The translations under genes were made by a program, and so were the position numbers. A DNA stretch of 64,000 nucleotides from an uncultured Sphaerochaeta sp. (GTDB lineage: Bacteria > Spirochaetota > Spirochaetia > Sphaerochaetales > Sphaerochaetaceae), in contig CAXXCW010000021.1 in the NCBI GenBank assembly GCA_963662725.2, positions 16,185-80,184 of the forward strand. Direction: 5' to 3'. The notes under the pieces were generated by a model, which worked only from the letters and a program-made list of their open reading frames with translations, did no database searches and had not been told where the DNA came from. Positions 29,869-39,079 of this stretch are shown one piece after another. The first letter of the stretch is position 1. The number at the start of each line of letters is the position of its first letter.

Positions 29869-30728
29869 AATACCCTGAACGTGCTGTGAAACTGTTTCGA
29901 CTCTCCCTTGGGCAGAGTGAGAACTTCATCCATCTGCTCAAGGGAGAAAGCCCGTTTGGTGTCACCAAAGGAGTACATCGGCTCAATGCAGAGGTATTGG
30001 GCATGCTTGGGCGCTACTGTCCAGATCACCAGGGTCTCCAAGTTCCCTCTCTCCACAAGGATGCCATGCTCACCATGGTCTGAGGTAAGCCTTACATGCT
30101 TTGACTTGAGACCATTGAGGACAATGGGCCCTTGGTCAGTCAGGGCCCTGCTGAGATGCAGTGTCTTGTTTTTGTCCAGGAACTTCTTGTCCGTGACGAA
30201 CACGCCGTCCACCGGTGTTTTCCTGTCGACACACTCTTCTGTCTCAAAGCTAACGCTGTAGGAGTCCAGGGGAGTCCCCTTGCCATTGATATCCAGACTG
30301 AAGGCAGGATGCCATCCAAACGTAAAGGGGAGTGCTTCCTTGGCGTACACTTCGGCTTCAGATCTGAGCCCGTCCTCAAGCAACGTATAGGTTACTCTGA
30401 GACGAAAGCCATACGGATAGTGCTGTAGGGAGGCTTCACAGTCCTGCAGTTCGAAGGATGCGCTGTCGGAGCTCTGGGCAAGTAGGGAGAAGTCCAGATC
30501 CCGGGCAAAGCCGTTGGTGGGCATCATATGGGCCTTGCCCTTAGCCTCCACCTTACCCTCCTTGGTGGCACCGGTCATGGGAAAGAGCAGGGGAGCTCTT
30601 CTAGGCCAGAATTGAGGGTCTCCGTTCCATAGGTATTCGATGCCACTCTCCTTGGAAAAGAGTGATTGCGGTTCAGCTCCGGTAAGAGCGATCCTCATGC
30701 TGAGTTTTTCATTCTGTATGGTGATCAT
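29865..30728 (-). CDS. aldose 1-epimerase family protein (LacX-like)
   Basis: EYLWNGDPQFW..APLLFP, GFARD, GWHPAF, LCIEP; start at MITIQNE. Confidence 0.88.
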   Translation of the reverse strand: MITIQNEKLSMRIALTGAEPQSLFSKESGIEYLWNGDPQFWPRRAPLLFPMTGATKEGKVEAKGKAHMMPTNGFARDLDFSLLAQSSDSASFELQDCEASLQHYPYGFRLRVTYTLLEDGLRSEAEVYAKEALPFTFGWHPAFSLDINGKGTPLDSYSVSFETEECVDRKTPVDGVFVTDKKFLDKNKTLHLSRALTDQGPIVLNGLKSKHVRLTSDHGEHGILVERGNLETLVIWTVAPKHAQYLCIEPMYSFGDTKRAFSLEQMDEVLTLPKGESKQFHSTFRVF

Positions 30729-30925
30729 ACGGCCTCCTGTTGGTGGTTCGATACTATGTCTGATGGGTCTTTGTTTCAATATCGGCGGAGGGAGTACAAG
30801 GACATCGGGGAGGGAATTGCCTTGGAGAGCAAAAAAAGAAACAAAGCAAGCGTGAACAGCTGAGCAATCTGTTTATGCTTTTCTCCTTTGGTGTGGTATA
30901 CTGGAGTCAATGGAGGAACCTGCGT

Positions 30926-31567
30926 ATGGATAATCACACGGTATTTACGATCGGCAGGCAGTTCGGTAGTGGCGGAAGACAAGTCGGACGCAATTTGGCA
31001 GAAACGCTTGGCATTCCTTTTTTCGATAAGGAACTGATCGCCATTAGCGCACAAGACAGCGGCCTCAGTGAAGCATTGTTCACCAATGCCGATGAGAAGG
31101 CTACCAGCAGCATCTTCTACTCCCTAGTCATGGGCAACTACCCAATGGCCAGCGGAGCCCTAGGGGTAACTGAGATGCCACTCAATGACCAGCTTTTCCT
31201 GATTCAGAGCAAGACTATCAAGAGGTTGGCAGAAGAGGGCCCTTGTGTCATCGTAGGGCGATGCGCCGACTATATCTTGCGCGAAAAGGAAAATGTCCTG
31301 AACATCTTTATCCATGCCAATCTGGAAAGACGCATAGAACGTGCCATCAGCGTGTATGAAGTCGCAGAGAACAAGGCTGAGGATACATGTCTGAAGGCGG
31401 ACAAGCAGAGGGCAAACTTCTACAACTACTATAGCGACCGCAAGTGGGGTATGTGCAAGACGTATGACCTCTCCCTTGATTCGAGCAAGCTTGGCATTGA
31501 AGGGTGTACACAAGAGATCATCTCCTTTGAAAAGCTTTGGAAGGCTCATAAGGGGCAAGGGATCTGA
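30926..31567 (+). CDS. cytidylate kinase-like family protein
   Basis: TIGRQFGSGG, VIVGRCADYIL, DKQRANFYNYY. Confidence 0.88.
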   Translation: MDNHTVFTIGRQFGSGGRQVGRNLAETLGIPFFDKELIAISAQDSGLSEALFTNADEKATSSIFYSLVMGNYPMASGALGVTEMPLNDQLFLIQSKTIKRLAEEGPCVIVGRCADYILREKENVLNIFIHANLERRIERAISVYEVAENKAEDTCLKADKQRANFYNYYSDRKWGMCKTYDLSLDSSKLGIEGCTQEIISFEKLWKAHKGQGI

Positions 31568-31941
31568 TGCTCTTTGATATCTTGGAAAATATGGAGTGGT
31601 ATGTGAAGCTCCATCCCTCCTTGAAGAGGGTAATAGGCATCATGGACAGGAGCCTTCCCTATCAGGATGAAGCGGGAGTGTACCAGGTCGATGGGATCAC
31701 GTACGAGGTGCTTTCCTACCCGGGAGGCAGTGACAGCATGATCAGACGCGCTGAGCATACCCAGATGCACATCATCCTTGAAGGGGAGGAGCTTCTCTCC
31801 CTGGAGGAGAATGAACTGCCCAGTGTGGTCATCATGGCAACAGAGGGGCGCTTTGTGATCCTGCGAGAAGGAGAGTCCTACAAGAGTTCCATGCAGATGG
31901 CAAACGATAGAAACGTAAAGAAGGTAATCTTCACCCTCTGA
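31567..31941 (+). CDS. YhcH/YjgK/YiaL-like protein
   Basis: MLFDILEN start, MHIILEGEE, VKKVIF end; coupled to upstream stop. Confidence 0.6.
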   Translation: MLFDILENMEWYVKLHPSLKRVIGIMDRSLPYQDEAGVYQVDGITYEVLSYPGGSDSMIRRAEHTQMHIILEGEELLSLEENELPSVVIMATEGRFVILREGESYKSSMQMANDRNVKKVIFTL

Positions 31942-31976
31942 CAGGGAGACGACCGATGGTATCGTATCAGGCCGTC

Positions 31977-32055
31977 AGAACAAAAAACGGTCCCCGAAGG
32001 GCAATGTCAATTCGTTACCTTAATGACATTGCCCCGAAGGGACCGTTTTTGTTCT
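31977..32055. terminator. bidirectional terminator interrupted by a 30-bp insert
   Basis: AGAACAAAAAACGGT...ACCGTTTTTGTTCT between convergent genes. Confidence 0.7.
31992..32041. mobile_element. IS-like footprint: 30-bp element with terminal inverted repeats and 10-bp direct repeats
   Basis: CCCCGAAGGG (31992-32001) + CAATGTCA...TGACATTG (32002-32031) + CCCCGAAGGG (32032-32041). Confidence 0.55.
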
Positions 32056-32066
32056 ATCCGGATATG

Positions 32067-33323
32067 TTACTTATCGATTCCGACCAGTTCAATATCAAAG
32101 ACAAGCAGTGAGTTGGGGAGGATGGTCTCTGTACCGTTGGCGCCATATCCCAGATCAGGATGGATCCAGGTTCGGATGACACTGCCGACATTCATGTTCA
32201 GCAAAGCTTCGCTGAACCCGGGAATTACCTGAGTGACAGGGAAGTGGGCTGTCTCTCCACGGTCATAGGAACTCTCGATGACAGACCCGTCGATCATCTG
32301 CAGCTGGTAGTTTACCTCTACCGTGTCAGAAACGGTAGGCTTGGGACCGTCAGCAGCGTTGAGGACCTGATACTGCAGGCCGCTTTCCGTTACGAAGATA
32401 TCCTCGTTATTGTTCTTGTTGAAGTCAAGGAATGCCTCTGCATCGGCGAGGTTGGTGACAGTGACCTCTTCGAGCCACTTGGCATACTTCTCCTCAACGA
32501 CCTGCTGATACTCGACAAAGGCAATCTGCATCTCCTCTTCGCTCATCAGTGTCTTGTTGTTGCTTGCGAAATCCAATGCACCCTGTGCATAAAGATCTCC
32601 GTCAAGCTCAATGCCCTGCCCGAGCATATTGTAGGCTAGCAGGTAGCCATAGGTATAGCTGAAAGTCTTGGTGATGTCTTCAGGTTTTGCAAGGTCGGCC
32701 ACATCGGCGATGTCGGCAAAGCCTTCAGTGAAGGACTGGGGAGCTTTCTGCTCAGCCCAGACGGTAGTCTGGTACTCTTCGATGTTTGCATAGAGGTCTT
32801 CAAGGGTGTAGAAACCGATGGGCTCTTCCAACATGGAGGATGCATAGCCATCGATGGCTCCCTTCACATAGTAGCCGGTATCAAAGAAAAGTCCCTGAGA
32901 TGCAAAAGACTGGAGCAACAGATAGCCATACGTGTAGCTGAAGCGCTCATTGAGGGTTGCAAGGGAGGTCATCTCAGCATCGCTGATATAGACATCCATG
33001 ACACCGAGTGCTACCAAGGGGTTGATGTACCTGATGTCGGTAGCCCTATCCATATCGAGGATCACTTCAAGATAATCCCCGGCACTTAGGGATGATACGG
33101 GGAAGCTGCTCTCGGTTGTCCTGTCGGCCCTGATGGTAATCTGTTGGTTATCAAGGGTACGAACGGTAAATACGGGTGAAGCCCCTTCCTGCTGGACATT
33201 GACAATCCTGACAGTCACGCTTTGAGGATCACTCTCTTTCATTCCGGCGGCAAATAGGGTGGGTACGATGAGGGCCATGGCAAGAAGTGCCACAGTAAGT
33301 TTTGCAATTTTGCTCTTGTTCAT
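32067..33323 (-). CDS. secreted FKBP-type peptidyl-prolyl isomerase (FkpA/Mip-like) with duplicated N-domain
   Basis: Signal peptide, two FSYTYGYLL segments, TESGLQY, VIPGF, GYG, PNSLLVFDIEL. Confidence 0.88.
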   Translation of the reverse strand: MNKSKIAKLTVALLAMALIVPTLFAAGMKESDPQSVTVRIVNVQQEGASPVFTVRTLDNQQITIRADRTTESSFPVSSLSAGDYLEVILDMDRATDIRYINPLVALGVMDVYISDAEMTSLATLNERFSYTYGYLLLQSFASQGLFFDTGYYVKGAIDGYASSMLEEPIGFYTLEDLYANIEEYQTTVWAEQKAPQSFTEGFADIADVADLAKPEDITKTFSYTYGYLLAYNMLGQGIELDGDLYAQGALDFASNNKTLMSEEEMQIAFVEYQQVVEEKYAKWLEEVTVTNLADAEAFLDFNKNNNEDIFVTESGLQYQVLNAADGPKPTVSDTVEVNYQLQMIDGSVIESSYDRGETAHFPVTQVIPGFSEALLNMNVGSVIRTWIHPDLGYGANGTETILPNSLLVFDIELVGIDK

Positions 33324-33548
33324 GTTTATTCCTTTTATGCAGTCATTGCCTGTTTGGCAACATCTTCATCTAATGTACGAGTTCTTTTTCCAATCGTCAA
33401 CAACTGTTTTCACCCTTCAAGCTTCACATTGAAAACAAGAGTATATAATGCATGGGTTTAGGTCTCAGAGGTAATTTTTTTGGAACGTGGGTATTGTTGC
33501 CAACAACAGTAACTCATGGTAGGGTGTTTGTGAATAGGAGTAAAATAC

Positions 33549-34061
33549 ATGCCACGCATTACCAAAGCAGAACCTACAGAAGATGATTTGAGACTTCTCG
33601 CTGAGACCGTTCGCATAGCCCACAAGGCAAAAGTTGAAGGAAGCCATCCCTTTGGAGCCCTTCTGGCAGACAAGGATGGCAATATCCTGCTTGAGCAGGG
33701 TAATGCCTATGAGGAGGGCGGCCCTGCAATGCATGCAGAAGCGGCTCTGATGTTCAAGGCAGGAAAGCTCTACACTCCCCAGTTCCTTTCTGAGTGCACC
33801 CTCTACAGCTCCGCAGAACCCTGCGTTATGTGTACCGGTGCGATGTATTGGACCAATGTCAGACGCTTGGTGTTTGGCATATCGGAAGAGCAGCTTCTCG
33901 CCCTTACCGGCAGTGACGAGCAGAACCCCACCTTTGCCCTTCCTGCAGACAAGGTCCTCGAGCATGGGCAGAAGGATATCGAAATCGTCGGCCCGGTTAA
34001 GGATGAAAAGCTCATCGAAGCCATCATAACCGACCACCTGAGTTTCTGGAACAAAGGATGA
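33549..34061 (+). CDS. CDA-fold zinc nucleoside/nucleobase deaminase
   Basis: HPFGA, HAE, EPCVMC. Confidence 0.9.
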   Translation: MPRITKAEPTEDDLRLLAETVRIAHKAKVEGSHPFGALLADKDGNILLEQGNAYEEGGPAMHAEAALMFKAGKLYTPQFLSECTLYSSAEPCVMCTGAMYWTNVRRLVFGISEEQLLALTGSDEQNPTFALPADKVLEHGQKDIEIVGPVKDEKLIEAIITDHLSFWNKG

Positions 34062-35080
34062 CAACCCTCCCGTATCTGCTGAAAAAAGAGAATATATGCC
34101 ATATCTCTGACAGGTCTCTCCATATAGGCGACCGGAGGGCCTTTCCCTTTGAGAAGCGCTTTGAGAGATGTTCATCAGTAGAGGAGGTCGCCACTGCCCT
34201 GAAGGCAATGGTGACCCAAGGGGGAGGGCCCCTTCAGGTGGCCTTCACAACACTCATCTTCATCGCTGAAGAGATGGAGAGGGGGCGTCTGCAGTACTCC
34301 TTCGGGGAGCTTGAGAGGCTGGTAGGCTTGCTTGTCGAAGCAAGGCCGACCAATACCACCATGAGAAGGGTCATGCAGGCCCTGCTGGATGACATTTCTC
34401 CCTTCTGCAAGGAAGATCTTCCGCTGGAGGAGTTTGTCCTCCGCCTGAAGATGCTGGTAGAAAAGCAGGAGAGATTCCATGACGAGATATATCACCATAT
34501 GGGGAGATTAGGCAGTACCCTAATCGAAGATGGTGATGTGATACTTACCACCTGTTTTGCAGAACACACCTTCCTGTTGAGCCTCTCCTATGCCAAAGAG
34601 CAAGGAAAGAGCTTTTCCGTACTGGTCAATGAGACAAGACCCTACCTGCAGGGTTCTCGTCTTACCTATCCAAGCCTGCTTGAGATGGGCATAGATGCCC
34701 GTCTCATTACCGACGGCATGGGAGCGCACTATCTCTCTGAGGGGAAGATAACCAAATATATGACAGCTTCTGACCTTGTCTGCATGGACGGGACTGTGGT
34801 GAATAAGGTGGGCACCCTGGGCAATGCAGTTGCCTGCAAATATTATGAGGTGCCCTATTTTGCCTTCAGCATTTCTCCTGACCCTACAAAGCTCAGTTCC
34901 TCTGACATTGTAATGGAAGAGCGTGATGCGAAGGAGGTCCTGTACTGTCTGGGTAGGCCTACCACCTGTGATGGGAGGGCCCTCTATCCCTCCTTTGATA
35001 TCATCGAACCTTCCCTGATCCAGGGAATCATTACCCCAAAGGGGGTGTTCACCCCCGCTAATCTGGCTAATTATAGCTGA
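34058..35080 (+). CDS. mtnA: methylthioribose-1-phosphate isomerase / eIF-2B alpha-like family protein
   Basis: ARPT, ETRPYLQGSRLT, NKVGT, PSFDI, IITPKG; some active-site motifs divergent. Confidence 0.8.
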   Translation: MTTLPYLLKKENICHISDRSLHIGDRRAFPFEKRFERCSSVEEVATALKAMVTQGGGPLQVAFTTLIFIAEEMERGRLQYSFGELERLVGLLVEARPTNTTMRRVMQALLDDISPFCKEDLPLEEFVLRLKMLVEKQERFHDEIYHHMGRLGSTLIEDGDVILTTCFAEHTFLLSLSYAKEQGKSFSVLVNETRPYLQGSRLTYPSLLEMGIDARLITDGMGAHYLSEGKITKYMTASDLVCMDGTVVNKVGTLGNAVACKYYEVPYFAFSISPDPTKLSSSDIVMEERDAKEVLYCLGRPTTCDGRALYPSFDIIEPSLIQGIITPKGVFTPANLANYS

Positions 35081-35100
35081 ATGCAACAGAGGAGTTTCCC

Positions 35101-35811
35101 ATGAAAGCAATTGTCGGAGGTACTGGAGTAGACCGTATTTCAGGTTTTTCAAGTGAAAGGCGCGAGGTGGCGACCCCTTATGGCGTTGTAGAACTTTTTG
35201 TTGGAACCGGTTCCCATGCTTCCCTGGTCTTCCTTCCCCGTCATGGGTCGTCCCACTCTGTCCCCCCCCATCTGATTAACTACCGGGCTAACATCATAGC
35301 CTTGAAGCAGTTGGGTGTTGAAGAGCTCATCAGCATATATGCAGTGGGCTCAATATCCGATGCCCTCAAGCCTGGAGAGGTCGGAACCCTTTCTGACTTC
35401 GTAGACCTCAGTGGGGGAGGGCGCAGCCATACCTTCTTCACAGGAGAGGAGGGCGGTGTACGGCATGTGGGTATGGATAGGGTCTTCGACCCGGGCCTTA
35501 CCGCTTCTCTGCATGAAGCAGAGCCCTCCCTACAAGATGCAGGGGTCTATGTATGTACCAACGGCCCTCGCCTGGAGACTCCGGCAGAAATTCGTATGTT
35601 CAAGGGCCTCGGCTTTGATGTTGTCGGCATGACTGCCGCCACTGAAGTTGCCTTGGCTCGCGAGGTTGGCATCACCGTCGCTTCCCTTGCATACAGCATC
35701 AACTGGGCTGCAGGTGTCGGCCCTGATGAGGTCACTTTCATTGGCTCTGAAGTTATTGCAAAGCTAAAGGATACGATGGTAGGCCTCTGCCTGAAGGTGC
35801 TTGGAGCATAG
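35101..35811 (+). CDS. MTAP/MTIP-family purine nucleoside phosphorylase
   Basis: IVGGTG, PRHG, PPHLINYRANI, GPRLETPAE, VGMT, INWAAG. Confidence 0.9.
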   Translation: MKAIVGGTGVDRISGFSSERREVATPYGVVELFVGTGSHASLVFLPRHGSSHSVPPHLINYRANIIALKQLGVEELISIYAVGSISDALKPGEVGTLSDFVDLSGGGRSHTFFTGEEGGVRHVGMDRVFDPGLTASLHEAEPSLQDAGVYVCTNGPRLETPAEIRMFKGLGFDVVGMTAATEVALAREVGITVASLAYSINWAAGVGPDEVTFIGSEVIAKLKDTMVGLCLKVLGA

Positions 35812-35812
35812 C

Positions 35813-36334
35813 ATGGAAGAGATCAGGCGGATTATCCGTGAAGCAAGAATTGATGATGCCGCAAAGCTGCTCGCCTACCTGGAACAGGTTGGTTCTGAAA
35901 GTGAGAATCTCACCTTCGATGCCAAAGGCCTTCCCTTCTCCGAACAGCAGGAACGCGAGTATCTTGACAGGCGCATGTGTTCGCACAACAACATAACGTT
36001 ACTAGCTATGGAAGGGGAGAGGATCATAGGAAGCCTTGGAGTCGATACCCCTCCCTTTGTGAGGCTCTGCCATCGTGGGGAGGTCGGCATCTCCGTGCTC
36101 AAGGAGTGCTGGGGCCAAGGGGTGGGATCAGCACTGCTGGGGGGGATGTTTGCCTGGCTGAAAGACTGCCCAACAGGCCTCAGAAAGCTTGACCTCTCGG
36201 TACGTGAGGATAATCTGCAGGCCATTGCCCTCTACCAGAAGTTCGGCTTCAAGAAAGAAGGCAAGGTTTCCCGACTGGTTGCCATCGAAGGCGTCTTCTA
36301 CAATGGCATCACCATGGGCCTCTTGCTGGACTGA
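35813..36334 (+). CDS. GNAT N-acetyltransferase
   Basis: HRGEVGISV..WGQGVG, AIALYQKFGF. Confidence 0.88.
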   Translation: MEEIRRIIREARIDDAAKLLAYLEQVGSESENLTFDAKGLPFSEQQEREYLDRRMCSHNNITLLAMEGERIIGSLGVDTPPFVRLCHRGEVGISVLKECWGQGVGSALLGGMFAWLKDCPTGLRKLDLSVREDNLQAIALYQKFGFKKEGKVSRLVAIEGVFYNGITMGLLLD

Positions 36335-37251
36335 AGCGGCATATCCTCCAAGGCATAGGGTGTATTCTGGTAGACATAGTAGTTGAGCCAGTTGCTGAAC
36401 AGGAGGTTCGCATGCGACCTCCAGGTCACCAGAGGCATCCTACCCTCATTATCATTGGGATAATAGTTGGTGGGCTTGTCAGGGCTGAGACCAGAGGCCA
36501 TATCCCTCTTGTACTCCGCATCAAGGGTCAGCGCATCATACTCGGCATGGCCGGTAATGAATACCTGTCTCTCGTCCTTGCTTGCAACAAGGTAGACCCC
36601 AGCCTCTTCGGATGTGCTCAGGATCTTCAGAGCCCCTACCTGCTGCACATCCCTGCCCAAAATTGTCGTATGGCGACTGTGTGGGGCTAGGAACGTATCA
36701 TCAAAGCCCCTTACCAGTGTCTCTGTAGGGGTGATCACCGTATGGGTGAATACCCCAGAGAGTTTTTTCTCCAACGGCCTCTTCTCTATCTTGTAGTAGT
36801 GGTACAGGGCTGCCTGTGCACCCCAACAGACAAAGAGGGAAGAGTATACATTCGCCTCAGCCCAGTCGAGGATGGTTGTCAGCTCATCCCAGTACTGGAC
36901 TTCTTCGAAGCGAAGCTTCTCCACTGGAGATCCTGTGACGATGAGGGCATCGAACTTCTGTTCACGTATATCCTCGAAGTGGAGATAAAAACTCTTTAGG
37001 TAGGAGAGGGTCGTATTCTTGGGCTGATAGCTTTTTGTGCTGAGGAAGGTGACCTCAACCTGCAGGGGGGTGTTTCCCAACAGCCTGATGAGCTGTGTCT
37101 CAGTCACTGACTTTTGGGGCATGAGGTTGAGGATGACTACCTGTAGCGGTCTGATGTCCTGGGTAGAGGCGCGATCCTTGTTCATGTAGAATATATTCTC
37201 CTGCTGAAGGGTCTCTTCAGCAGGAAGTCCTGCTTGTATGGTCACTGGCAT
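36298..37251 (-). CDS. metA: homoserine O-acyltransferase, MetA family (probably acetyl-specific)
   Basis: QDIRPL, LNLMP, TGSPVE, CWGAQA, PHSRH, GHAEY, WLNYYVYQ; Glu in the TGxPVE motif is the acetyl-type residue. Confidence 0.95.
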   Translation of the reverse strand: MPVTIQAGLPAEETLQQENIFYMNKDRASTQDIRPLQVVILNLMPQKSVTETQLIRLLGNTPLQVEVTFLSTKSYQPKNTTLSYLKSFYLHFEDIREQKFDALIVTGSPVEKLRFEEVQYWDELTTILDWAEANVYSSLFVCWGAQAALYHYYKIEKRPLEKKLSGVFTHTVITPTETLVRGFDDTFLAPHSRHTTILGRDVQQVGALKILSTSEEAGVYLVASKDERQVFITGHAEYDALTLDAEYKRDMASGLSPDKPTNYYPNDNEGRMPLVTWRSHANLLFSNWLNYYVYQNTPYALEDMPLQSSKRPMVMPL

Positions 37252-38543
37252 GGTGGTACTCCTTCCAAAGCCTGGTCGAGGTCCGCAAGCAGATCCTCCA
37301 CATGCTCGGTCCCTATTGAAAGGCGAATGGTTGCCTTGCCTATCCCCTGCTCCTCAAGCTCCTTGGCACTGAGCTGGGAGTGGGTGGTGCTGGCAGGGTG
37401 GATGACCAAAGACTTCACATCAGCGACGTTTGCAAGCAGGGAGAACAGCTTGAGATTGTCTATGAAGGCCTTTGCTCTGGTTTCTCCGCCCACTACATCA
37501 AAGGTAAAGATCGATGCCCCCCCCTTTGGAAAATACCTTGTGTAGAGATCATGATAAGGGTTGTCTGGAAGTGAAGGGTGCCTGACGAGCTTCACTTTGG
37601 GATGGTTTGCCAAAAAAGGCACTATCTTGAGGGTGTTGTAGGTATGTCTCTCTACTCTCAGCGAGAGGGTTTCCAGCCCTTGGAGGAACAGGAAGGCGTG
37701 CAACGGGGCTAAGGTCGCCCCTATGTCCCTCAGTAACACAGCACGGGCCTTGGTGATCCAGGCCGCCTTGCCGGCGGCTTTGATGAAGCTCACCCCATGG
37801 TAGCTGGCGTTTGGTTCAATGAGGGAGGGGAACTTGCCACTCGCCTCCCAATCAAAACAGCCGCTGTCAACAATAACCCCTCCGATGGCGGTGCCATGGC
37901 CTCCTATGAACTTGCTTGCAGAGTGGACCACGATATCAGCTCCATGCTCGAAGGGTCTGAAGAGGAAGGGGGTGGCAAAGGTATTGTCCACAACGAGAGG
38001 TATCTTATGTGCGTGGGCGATGTCGGCAATCTTTCGGATATCTGCAAGTGTTGCATTGGGATTGCCGATGGTCTCGACAAACAGGGCTTTGGTGTTCTCC
38101 CTGATGGCCCCTTCGAAATTGGAAGGATTGTCCGCATCTACAAAGGTCGTGGAGATGCCGTAACGTGGAAGGGTATGGGCAAGCAGGTTGTAGCTTCCCC
38201 CATAGATTGTCTTTGCACTTACTATATGGTCCCCTGCCTCAGCGAGGTTAAGGAAGGTGTAGGTGACTGCAGCAGAGCCGGAGGCCACGGCCAAAGCTCC
38301 AACTCCACCTTCCAACGTGGCGATGCGCTTTTCAAACACCGCTTGAGTGTCGTTGGTCAGCCTTCCGTAGATGTTGCCTGCATCCGAGAGGTTGAAGCGC
38401 GCTGTGGCATGGTCACAGTTGTCAAAGACATAGGCTGTTGTCTGGTAGATGGGTACAGCACGCGATCCTGTTGTAGGGTCGGCTGACTCTTGTCCGCTAT
38501 GCACTTGAAGGGTCTCAAAACGATAGGTATCGGTATGGTTCAT
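37242..38543 (-). CDS. metY: O-acetylhomoserine sulfhydrylase
   Basis: [50 protein letters not shown]; start at MNHTD after AGGAG. Confidence 0.95.
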   Translation of the reverse strand: MNHTDTYRFETLQVHSGQESADPTTGSRAVPIYQTTAYVFDNCDHATARFNLSDAGNIYGRLTNDTQAVFEKRIATLEGGVGALAVASGSAAVTYTFLNLAEAGDHIVSAKTIYGGSYNLLAHTLPRYGISTTFVDADNPSNFEGAIRENTKALFVETIGNPNATLADIRKIADIAHAHKIPLVVDNTFATPFLFRPFEHGADIVVHSASKFIGGHGTAIGGVIVDSGCFDWEASGKFPSLIEPNASYHGVSFIKAAGKAAWITKARAVLLRDIGATLAPLHAFLFLQGLETLSLRVERHTYNTLKIVPFLANHPKVKLVRHPSLPDNPYHDLYTRYFPKGGASIFTFDVVGGETRAKAFIDNLKLFSLLANVADVKSLVIHPASTTHSQLSAKELEEQGIGKATIRLSIGTEHVEDLLADLDQALEGVPPCQ

Positions 38544-38828
38544 GGTAATCTCCTGATGATGTTCGATGATGGGCATACAATGATTCAGTGTGAATGGCAT
38601 CGGGTCACATTCGATCTTTGATGGAGTTGCAGCGGAGGCGGGGCAATCTGGTCATACAGGGTTCCTTTTTCTAGGGTATGGCTACGGGTGGCAAGCAGAA
38701 GGGGGAGAGAGAGTAGGCTTCGGTAAAGGTGTGAAGGGTATATGACACATGAGAGAACAATACTGAACTCCCTGTCTTGAGTAACCATGCACTGTCTTTA
38801 TCCGGGGACTGCTTGTATGAAGGGGTTT

Positions 38829-38879
38829 CTATGCCTGGTGGCACATCATACTTACTTGAGAGTCAGTCATGGACCTCAT
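38829..38879 (-). CDS. putative Met/Cys-rich leader peptide MRSMTDSQVSMMCHQA
   Basis: AGGAGG 7 nt before ATG; 4 Met + 1 Cys in 16 codons; lies between a promoter and metY. Confidence 0.6.
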   Translation of the reverse strand: MRSMTDSQVSMMCHQA

Positions 38880-38933
38880 AGTGCCACCTCCTAAAAAAAG
38901 GAATATCCTACCGAAAGGCTGGATGTTTATGAC

Positions 38934-38962
38934 AAATTATCGGATGGCCCTGTTTTGGTCAA
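38934..38962 (-). promoter_or_regulatory. sigma70-type promoter of the leader-metY-metA transcript
   Basis: TTGACC-N17-TAATTT on the minus strand. Confidence 0.5.
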
Positions 38963-39050
38963 GGGGGTGAGCGATTTTTTTTGAATCCACTACCATTTTT
39001 GTCTGGAATGAATATGCATGGCATATGGAGGCTCCTGATGGATACTCGAC

Positions 39051-39079
39051 TTGACCTGTGATCATGTAGGGCGTATAGT
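39051..39079 (+). promoter_or_regulatory. sigma70-type promoter upstream of rsgA
   Basis: TTGACC-N17-TATAGT. Confidence 0.55.

Noticed and set aside
38585-38788. 67-aa ORF in the metY leader
   Set aside because: No SD or recognisable motif; overlaps the C-rich spacer; probably spurious
38544-38930. SAM-I riboswitch or T-box upstream of metY
   Set aside because: Could not find the SAM-I core (ATC.AGAG...GGC...GCAACC...GTGC) or a T-box GGTGG.ACC followed by a terminator; the leader-peptide model fits better
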